Below, piece after piece: positions 1-6,668 of a DNA stretch of 64,000 nucleotides. Numbering within the stretch: position 1 is the stretch's first letter; every line of letters starts with the position of its first letter. The stretch is taken from the NCBI GenBank assembly GCA_965364955.1, contig CBDTZS010000001.1:5324-69323 (forward strand), given 5' to 3'. The position numbers and the translations under genes were made by a program. The stretch is from an uncultured Tenacibaculum sp. Lineage in GTDB: Bacteria; Bacteroidota; Bacteroidia; Flavobacteriales; Flavobacteriaceae. Below the pieces are notes generated by a model, which was given only the letters and a program-made list of their open reading frames with translations, made no database searches and was not told the DNA's origin.

Positions 1-380
1 TTTTTGTGATAGAGATTATATACATTCTGAGGAATTTTATCATCGGTTATTTTATGTAACTCAAGGATTTCTTTCACCTGTTTCAGTGAATATTTATCAT
101 CTTCTTTTGTAGAATGATATATTATTAAACCTGATAATGTAGCAGTAACTATTCCTGCAATAGAGTTAATCATCGCAGTTTGATATTTTGGTGCAATTCT
201 TATTCTAAAACTACCCATCTCAGGAGGTGAAACTTCAATAATTAAATCCTCTGAACTGTAACCATACTCTTGATTAATTTGATATAATACTTTTTTGTAG
301 TTATTTAAAAACTCAGTTAAAGTATCGATATTAATGTTTCCATCTCCACCAAATCTAATAGTTAATTCTTTATCGTGCAT
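1..380 (-). CDS. hypothetical protein, N-terminal fragment (gene continues past the left edge of the window)
   Basis: I translated the minus strand myself. ATG at 380-378, then an open frame down to position 3 (MHDKELTIRFGGDGNINIDTLTEFLNNYKKVLYQINQEYGYSSEDLIIEVSPPEMGSFRIRI...). Absent from the ORF track because it is incomplete. No family recognised. Confidence 0.45.
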   Translation of the reverse strand, partial: MHDKELTIRFGGDGNINIDTLTEFLNNYKKVLYQINQEYGYSSEDLIIEVSPPEMGSFRIRIAPKYQTAMINSIAGIVTATLSGLIIYHSTKEDDKYSLKQVKEILELHKITDDKIPQNVYNLYHK

Positions 381-542
381 TTTTCCTTTTTTTTAGCTTA
401 TTGCCAACGTTCTAGTATAAGAATAGTAGCGGATTTTTATGCACTAACTTTCCGGTTTGACACAGACCTTTTTTATATTTACTTACTTTCGGTTTAGCGG
501 TTAAACCGCTATTATTTTTATACATTGTTGCCAATAGTATTT

Positions 543-2195
543 TTATATTATATCTAACTTTTTTCTGTATAAAGGTGGTATTTCAAATTTTTGTTTATCT
601 ATTTCTTTGCAAAAACCTAAGAGCTTTAAATATTTCAATAAATTATCAAATGTGTCTTTAGGCATGTCAAACTTGTTCATATTTATATCTCCATATTTAA
701 AAAAACTACGATGATATGAAATGGAGTTTATTTCTTTAAACAATGTTTGAAAATCTTTAGTTTTCACTAATACTAGAACGTTTTTTAACGATTCGTTTTG
801 AATTTTATCGTAAGTTGATGCATAGCTTGCTTGATGGAACAGATTATCGTAAAATAAATTGTTCTGATAGTCAAATGAAGGAGTAACGTATTCTATACTT
901 TCATTTTCGTAACAATATTGTTGTATATGTAAATTTTCAAATTCAATTAATTGATTGAAAAAATCTATGATTAACCTTGGATTAACAAAACCGTTGGCGT
1001 CTTTTAAATATTCAAAAATCCAATCTACGAAAGGTATGCTTTCACCTTCGAAAATTTCAATTTCTTTTGGGAAAAACATAGTTAAATATTTTTCAGAGAT
1101 ACGATAGTTGTATGCTTGTTTTTCTTTTAAAAGTTTGATTTTTTGTGTTTGTTTTGAAGAACAAAACTCCACAAATTTTCTGAGATATGTTTTTGGTGTA
1201 GATTTTTCTTTTTTGATAACTTTATCATTTTTCATAAAGTGAATCAGAAAAGGATTAAAGGTGTCTTTTATATATTTATTACTGCTAAATCGGTAAAGAA
1301 TAAAATTTAATGTTTCCCCTTTAGTCCATTTTAATTCAATTGTACGGTCTTTTATTTTGTCTACTTCAATGTCGGAATCGTATGAATAAAAAAGGTCAGT
1401 CCTTAGAAATAATGTTGGATGAATATTGTCAAGTAGACTAATTTCTTCTATTGAATCAAAAAGTCCTTGTATGTATTTCTTTTGAAGAGCATACTTTTCT
1501 TTTTGTACAAAGTTATCTATCCTGTCAATTAAAATTAATGCTTTAATATCATTCTCCTTGTAAAAAGTATTAATTCTCTTAAAGAGGTCATTTAAAACTA
1601 TTTTTTCATTTTTTTTAGTGAATTTTATAGTAGGTGTTACTTCAAATTCTTGTCCGTTTGCTGTGAAGTTTATAGAAGTTTTTAACGAGTTTAATAAATC
1701 ATTAAGATTATACAGGTTAAATTTTTCTTTAAATTCATTTATTTTCGAAATTTCTGAAATGAATTGATTATAATTGGGTTTCTCAGAAAAATTATTCTTT
1801 ATATCTAGTATTAATTTTGATAAAATAAAAAGTCCCCAAGAAATAGTCAATTTCATTCTGCTTTTTTCTTCAAAATCTTCAATATTTAAATATTCGTCAT
1901 CAAAACCGAAAGCATCATTTATTGAGATTATTGAGTATTTATCGAAATCAAATTGTGAATTATCTAAATATTTTTTTTCAAGAGTTCTAAATAAAGCACT
2001 TTTACCCGCACCTTTAGGAGATAAAATATAATTTATAGGTTCGTTTAGGTATTTCTGTATAGTATTTGTCGGAAAAAAACATGCTTCTAATTTGGGATCT
2101 CTTTCACCTTCTAGTTTACCGAAATTTATTGTTTTTAATTTAGATAAATTAAATTCAGTATTTAGTTTATCACTTAGCTGTTTGTTTTCTGTCAT
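543..2195 (-). CDS. P-loop NTPase of unknown function (defence-island-type ATPase, possibly Sll1717-like family)
   Basis: 550-aa ORF. Walker A is SPKGAGKSA (aa 59-67). Walker B-like ALILIDRID (aa 219-227) is followed by LFLRTDLF. The roughly 300-aa C-terminal region has no domain I recognise. The family name is from memory only. Confidence 0.7.
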   Translation of the reverse strand: MTENKQLSDKLNTEFNLSKLKTINFGKLEGERDPKLEACFFPTNTIQKYLNEPINYILSPKGAGKSALFRTLEKKYLDNSQFDFDKYSIISINDAFGFDDEYLNIEDFEEKSRMKLTISWGLFILSKLILDIKNNFSEKPNYNQFISEISKINEFKEKFNLYNLNDLLNSLKTSINFTANGQEFEVTPTIKFTKKNEKIVLNDLFKRINTFYKENDIKALILIDRIDNFVQKEKYALQKKYIQGLFDSIEEISLLDNIHPTLFLRTDLFYSYDSDIEVDKIKDRTIELKWTKGETLNFILYRFSSNKYIKDTFNPFLIHFMKNDKVIKKEKSTPKTYLRKFVEFCSSKQTQKIKLLKEKQAYNYRISEKYLTMFFPKEIEIFEGESIPFVDWIFEYLKDANGFVNPRLIIDFFNQLIEFENLHIQQYCYENESIEYVTPSFDYQNNLFYDNLFHQASYASTYDKIQNESLKNVLVLVKTKDFQTLFKEINSISYHRSFFKYGDINMNKFDMPKDTFDNLLKYLKLLGFCKEIDKQKFEIPPLYRKKLDII

Positions 2196-2302
2196 TTCTA
2201 TATTATTGGCAACTCGTTATATGTGGAATAAAGTTCTCGTTTATCGATTTATACACCCGGATAAAAGGAGCTGTATGATAATTTATCTTTTTCTTCTTAA
2301 TA

Positions 2303-2322
2303 GCCAAATCAAAAGATTTGGC
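2303..2322 (-). terminator. hairpin downstream of the TIR-like gene (possible weak terminator of the SLATT-TIR operon)
   Basis: GCCAAATC-AAAA-GATTTGGC forms a perfect 8-bp stem. On the minus strand only a weak T-rich tail follows (TATTAAG). Confidence 0.3.
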
Positions 2323-2406
2323 GGACTTCGTAAATATGCCTAGGCTTTAGGTTAAGTACCAAAACCCGTATTAATTATAGCTATTGTTAGCATTTCGTTA
2401 TTTTGA

Positions 2407-2829
2407 TTATATTGAATTTCTACGAATCGCTGAAACAATTGAATTTGTGTTCCAACTAACCATTTCTCTAGCATTATTTTGTACAATTAATGGAACTCTT
2501 TCTTGCCCCCAAGGTCTCACTCCGATAATTGGTTTATTATAACTATTAGCAAGTTGAATTTCTTTTTCAATCCATTCGCTATGTGCTACATACATTCCTG
2601 CTAGAATAATCACACAATTAACAGGTCTTACTTGTTGGTCTAATTTGTTTGTTAAAGTTCTTTTACCTACAGATGAATTAGGGTCAATTATAGGATTGTG
2701 AACTGGTACACTATAGTTTCTCCAAGTAAATAATGGAGCATTTTTAAGCATTTCTTCTAGTCTGTAATAGTCGGAATTGTATTTCCAAGCGTGACTTAAG
2801 AATAAGTCATAAATTTTTAAATTTGGCAT
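2407..2829 (-). CDS. TIR-like domain protein (ThsB / MTH538 / DUF1863 type), single-domain
   Basis: 140 aa. Motifs seen: YDLFLSHAW (beta-1), CVIILAGMY, SEWIEKEIQLA (conserved WxxxE Glu), KPIIGVRPWG and VSWNTNSIVSAI. The pattern matches stand-alone bacterial TIR-like proteins. Confidence 0.8.
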   Translation of the reverse strand: MPNLKIYDLFLSHAWKYNSDYYRLEEMLKNAPLFTWRNYSVPVHNPIIDPNSSVGKRTLTNKLDQQVRPVNCVIILAGMYVAHSEWIEKEIQLANSYNKPIIGVRPWGQERVPLIVQNNAREMVSWNTNSIVSAIRRNSI

Positions 2830-2832
2830 AGT

Positions 2833-3258
2833 TTAATCTTCTTTGTTAATATACTGACTCCAAGCAGAATTTTCTTTACTAATTAAGTTTTCAATTCTAC
2901 TTACAAAAAATTTAAAAGGTTCAGATTCACCGTCATAAGGTCCAGCACCAGTTTTGAATAAATATCTTTCGTGTTTTAATGTTTCTGAAGTTGTTCTGTA
3001 TTCATTCCATTTTTCTTGAAATTTCAAAAGTGCTGATAGTCCAGTGAAAATTGCAGTTAGAACTCCTAAAACAGCAATTATATAATTTAACCAAACTGTT
3101 TTTTCAGAATTGAATCCAGCAGCAAAAGGTATTAATGCAGCAAATACAATTACAAGTCCTTTTGTCCATAGATGGTAATTTTTATTTGTGGCACTTTTTT
3201 TTCCGTACCATTCTATTTGGTCGTCAACTCTTTCTTTTATATATTCTTCTTCTGTCAT
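2833..3258 (-). CDS. SLATT / DUF4231-type two-transmembrane protein
   Basis: 141 aa. N-terminal helix DDQIEWYGKKS, then two adjacent TM helices (aa ~33-49 and ~56-78), then KFQEKWNEYRTTSETLKHERYLFKTGAGPY, which is typical of this family. Its stop lies 3 nt upstream of the TIR-like ATG. Confidence 0.8.
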   Translation of the reverse strand: MTEEEYIKERVDDQIEWYGKKSATNKNYHLWTKGLVIVFAALIPFAAGFNSEKTVWLNYIIAVLGVLTAIFTGLSALLKFQEKWNEYRTTSETLKHERYLFKTGAGPYDGESEPFKFFVSRIENLISKENSAWSQYINKED

Positions 3259-3352
3259 TTTATTTAATGAATTCCAACGATCTTGAGTATGAAACGTAGC
3301 GTCTAAAAAGACACCAACTTTAGAGCCGAATTTTTATGTTTTATACAGCTTG

Positions 3353-3624
3353 TTATTTTCCGCTATTAATTAAAAATAGAGATAAGGATTCATTGCTAAT
3401 ATTTGTTTTCTTAAGTGGTTTAAATTTCGCGCACTTCTTGAAGGACTTAAAAGGCTCCATTTTGGTCATTTTAGGACAAGTATTTTTATTAAAACCATTT
3501 TTTTTACCACTTAAATTCCTTCTTCATAACAACCTAAATGCTTTCCGTTGAATCCATAGATTAGATTTTTTGAATCTAAATATGCAATTGGCTTTCCATT
3601 TGGGTTAAAAAGAGTTTCTTCCAT
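3353..3624 (-). pseudogene. small frame-disrupted gene downstream of the HNH gene (possibly a 4-fold beta-flower-like repeat protein)
   Basis: I translated this myself. ATG at 3624 gives 37 aa (MEETLFNPNGKPIAYLDSKNLIYGFNGKHLGCYEEGI) ending at TAA 3513-3511. A second frame continues from 3523 to TAA 3355-3353 (..NLSGKKNGFNKNTCPKMTKMEPFKSFKKCAKFKPLKKTNISNESLSLF..). An A8 run sits at 3498-3505. The family guess is from memory and is weak. Confidence 0.3.
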
Positions 3625-3629
3625 GATAT

Positions 3630-3926
3630 TTATTTTGTTGTATTTTCTGTACCATTAGAAGTTGTTGAACAAACTAACCTTCCATTAGATTTAGATAAAT
3701 TATTTTCCCAATGTAATGGTCGTAAATTTGATAGGATATCTTTTCCTCCATTAGAAACTGGTGTTATGTGGTCAATTTCCCAACCATACATTGAACTTCT
3801 GTTTCCATACTGATTTCTGGCTATCCAAGCTCCACATTGGTCTTTTCTGAATTCACTTGGTTTATTGTTTTGTACGGTTTTTGCTTTCTTCCATACTTCT
3901 TCTATAATTTCGTCTGTAAATGCCAT
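3630..3926 (-). CDS. small HNH endonuclease
   Basis: 98 aa. HNH core is GWEIDHITPVSNGGKDILSNLRPLHWENNLSK (D52-H53, N67, H72, N75/76). Confidence 0.8.
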   Translation of the reverse strand: MAFTDEIIEEVWKKAKTVQNNKPSEFRKDQCGAWIARNQYGNRSSMYGWEIDHITPVSNGGKDILSNLRPLHWENNLSKSNGRLVCSTTSNGTENTTK

Positions 3927-3957
3927 ATCGTTTTTTTATTTAATAACAGCTAACTTG

Positions 3958-3973
3958 TTTGTATGCATACAAA
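3958..3973. promoter_or_regulatory. perfect 16-bp palindrome upstream of the HNH gene (candidate operator)
   Basis: TTTGTATG|CATACAAA lies 32-47 nt upstream of the HNH ATG (3926). A near-miss -7 box (TACCTTTTG on the minus strand) is adjacent. Confidence 0.35.
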
Positions 3974-4202
3974 AGGTACTGTTATACACCTAGTATAGGT
4001 ATGTAATCAACGTCCTATTTTGCAGTTTTTAAAAGTATATATAAAAAGTGTATGATCTTTACGGATAACCATAACAGAAGTAAAATAAATCCGTAAAATT
4101 TATTACAAATGTGGTTTAATAACAAAGTAGTATCTAAAAAAATAACACAACAGTTGGTTATGTAAGTATAGGAGATGGTAATATTGGTGTAAGCGAAAGA
4201 AT

Positions 4203-5540
4203 TTAACTCATAATAGTAACTCCTGATATTGCGGTGTTTAATTTAATTTCCTCTTTTTTATTATTCATAAATTCAAAAGAAATGGCATTCAGTAAGTTTT
4301 CTTCTTTGGTGGTAAGATGAAATTTATAATCAATTTTAGGTGTGCTGTTCGGTGTCAGTTTTTTTAAGTGGTTGGCAATATCATGTATATCATATTGGTA
4401 ATGCCATGTTAGCGTTTGCCCTTTGTTATTTAGTACGGTATAATATAACACAACAATTGGTGCATGTGTTTTGGGGAGTGCTTTTCCTTTAAAATAACGT
4501 TTGTTTAAAAAATAACGCTCTCCGTTAGCGGAAATAGCTGCAACCGAAACAATTTTATTGGTTAAACCAGTAATACTATGCTTAATGGTGATTTGCTGTT
4601 TTCTAAGAAAAGCTAAGTCTGCATCAAGGGCTTCATTTAGTTCAATTTTAGTATTATGTTTTAGCTCCTTTTTATTGACTATTTTTAACGATGAGCTAGA
4701 CAATTCTTCCTTCGTAATAGGAGTGCAAGTTCCTTCAAAAAAGGTGACATCGTTTTTACTATTTCCTACTTGTAAAGTAAATGCGCCTTTGGTAAATAAT
4801 ACGAGGTTTAGATGGTTGTATTTTTGTTGCCTTGTAATAGGAAAGAACATACCCATTCCTAGTAATTTTCGTAGTGCTTGTTTTTTAAATTGAAACTGCC
4901 CTTTATATAATTGTTGTTCTTTTTTTGCGTAGTAAGTTATTTCTAAACCTTGTGGCATCCCAACATATTGCGGTTCTTGATTTTCCCAGTACTTATTTTT
5001 AGTAGCTACTCGTTTTTTATCAAACAGATCTGGTTTGTTATAAAATCGATTGGTTAACAGTTGAGGTTTTGGGTTTTTAGTACCTATTACATCAATCGAA
5101 ATAATACTAGCATCAAGATTTTCTTCTTCAAGTACATAAGCTTTCCATAAATATTGATTCCAATATTTTACATAGAGAACTAGCAATAAGATTGCAGAGA
5201 AAAAGAGGGTACTATTAATTGGGGTTAACAACCCCTGTTTTTGTAACGGAATAAGAACACCGTAGTTAATGGCATACCCAACTAAAAACGGAGCGACACA
5301 AAAAATAAGGCAACAGATAAGAAAGTTTACAGGGTCGTATTGTTTTCCCCAACTTAATAAAATGCCTCCTAAAAACGACAAACCAATTCCTATAACAGCA
5401 TAGATAACTAATAGTATGGTTAAGTAGTTTGCGTTTGCAAAACTTAGGGTGATAAGTATTACAAGCATTATTAATGTACTAATACCTGTAAATATGCGAC
5501 CTATTTCTGAATCCATTAAATGTAATAAAATTGTTTTCAA
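4203..5540 (-). CDS. multi-pass membrane protein with large C-terminal soluble domain, unknown function
   Basis: 445-aa ORF. Four or five hydrophobic helices fall in the first ~125 aa, followed by a ~320-aa hydrophilic region. The track start at 5540 is TTG. An in-frame ATG at 5516 (MDSEIGRIF) is an alternative start. Confidence 0.6.
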   Translation of the reverse strand: MKTILLHLMDSEIGRIFTGISTLIMLVILITLSFANANYLTILLVIYAVIGIGLSFLGGILLSWGKQYDPVNFLICCLIFCVAPFLVGYAINYGVLIPLQKQGLLTPINSTLFFSAILLLVLYVKYWNQYLWKAYVLEEENLDASIISIDVIGTKNPKPQLLTNRFYNKPDLFDKKRVATKNKYWENQEPQYVGMPQGLEITYYAKKEQQLYKGQFQFKKQALRKLLGMGMFFPITRQQKYNHLNLVLFTKGAFTLQVGNSKNDVTFFEGTCTPITKEELSSSSLKIVNKKELKHNTKIELNEALDADLAFLRKQQITIKHSITGLTNKIVSVAAISANGERYFLNKRYFKGKALPKTHAPIVVLYYTVLNNKGQTLTWHYQYDIHDIANHLKKLTPNSTPKIDYKFHLTTKEENLLNAISFEFMNNKKEEIKLNTAISGVTIMS

Positions 5541-5866
5541 ATATATCTTATTCCGTTTTAAAAGCCTTGTTTGTTTCTGAGCTAAATAAAAAAACTTCTC
5601 ATAATTGAGAAGCTTTTTTTATTCATAGATATTAGGCTATAGCATTTTATGTTTATATAAAGCTTCCTTTTCATTTCTTCAGATTAAGAGGGTTTCATCC
5701 ATTTAAAATTAAGAACGGTACATCTTGTCTTTTTAAAAATAGACAGAATACCCCAAAACGTCTATTTAAACCCCAAGTACTTCTATTTCATTTTAAGCCC
5801 CGCTTTGTTTTATCCACATTTGGGGTGTTAATAACAAAAGCAAAGGCTTTAATAAACGAATACATT

Positions 5867-6634
5867 ATGAGAAAATCAATATTTATAACAGGCATACTAT
5901 TGTTAATGGTATCTATATCATCTACAGCACAAAATTTTCAAGGAAAAATATATTATAGTTCTAAATCGAAAGTTCATTCGGTACATAACATGGATAGATT
6001 TACAGAAGAACAAAGGGCAGCTACCAAGAAAGGACAGCATGAAGCTTCGGTAAAGAAATATGTGCTAGAATTTAATAAAAACCACTCTTTATTCACCAAA
6101 GATATTAAGTTAAGTCTACTTCCAACTCGGCCAATGAGATCTGGAGGAGGTATGAATTTAATTAATAGTCCCGGGAATTTCTACAAAGATTTAGTAACTA
6201 AAAGTTATGTGAATCAAAAAGATATTTTCGGTAAAAAATTTATAATTAAAGATACATTAGAAACTATAGCTTGGCAAAAAACAGATGAGGTAAAGACCAT
6301 TGGTACATATGTTTGTTTTAAAGCTACGGCTCAAGTTGCCAATACAAATAAATATGATGATGACGCTAACCAAGGTGAAACAATTACTGTTGTTGCTTGG
6401 TATACTATCGATATTCCTGTGTCTCAAGGGCCAGGGAGCTACTGGGGTTTACCAGGATTGATCTTAGAAGTGCACTCTGAAGAGGTGGTGTATCTCTGTT
6501 CGAAAATTGAACTTTCTAAAACCGATGATATTGTGATTACAGCACCTAATGCAGGAAAGAAGATTACGAATAAAAAGTTCAACAGCTTATTTGCCCAAAA
6601 ACTACAAGATTTAAAAGATAGACATGCGAACTAA
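5867..6634 (+). CDS. GLPGLI family protein (secreted)
   Basis: Carries the family signature WGLPGLILE and a signal peptide MRKSIFITGILLLMVSISSTAQ. I moved the start from the GTG at 5825 to the ATG at 5867. Confidence 0.8.
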   Translation: MRKSIFITGILLLMVSISSTAQNFQGKIYYSSKSKVHSVHNMDRFTEEQRAATKKGQHEASVKKYVLEFNKNHSLFTKDIKLSLLPTRPMRSGGGMNLINSPGNFYKDLVTKSYVNQKDIFGKKFIIKDTLETIAWQKTDEVKTIGTYVCFKATAQVANTNKYDDDANQGETITVVAWYTIDIPVSQGPGSYWGLPGLILEVHSEEVVYLCSKIELSKTDDIVITAPNAGKKITNKKFNSLFAQKLQDLKDRHAN

Positions 6635-6668
6635 ATTCTGGTATTAAGAGCTAAACTAATTTATAATT

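Noticed and set aside
1774-2343. Plus-strand ORFs 1774..2031 (85 aa) and 2092..2343 (83 aa)
   Set aside because: They lie antisense to, or overlap, the 550-aa NTPase gene and its upstream spacer. Composition is low-complexity and hydrophobic, as expected from reading AT-rich coding DNA backwards. No motifs are present.
3336-3551. Plus-strand 71-aa ORF between the SLATT and HNH genes
   Set aside because: It is antisense to the small frame-disrupted minus-strand gene, which has a more protein-like sequence and sits 5 nt after the HNH stop. The F/L-rich composition is typical of a shadow ORF.
4058-4097. Inverted repeat TTTACGGAT-N22-ATCCGTAAA between the membrane protein gene and the HNH gene
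   Set aside because: It could be a terminator for the membrane protein gene or a binding site. However, there is no T tract after it on the minus strand, and the 22-nt loop is long. The evidence is too weak to call.
4558-4893. Plus-strand 111-aa ORF inside the 445-aa membrane protein gene
   Set aside because: It is completely contained antisense within a longer and more plausible ORF.
5595-5612. Hairpin CTTCTCA-TAAT-TGAGAAG flanked by A and T runs as a terminator
   Set aside because: It lies between divergently transcribed genes, upstream of both, where a terminator has nothing to terminate. The stem is only 7 bp. It may be a relic or the island boundary, but that cannot be supported.
1-5824. 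Search for an integrase, transposase, tRNA attachment site or flanking direct repeats that would define the left block as a mobile island
   Set aside because: None was found within the visible sequence. The block is therefore described only as defence-island-like and not as a mobile element.
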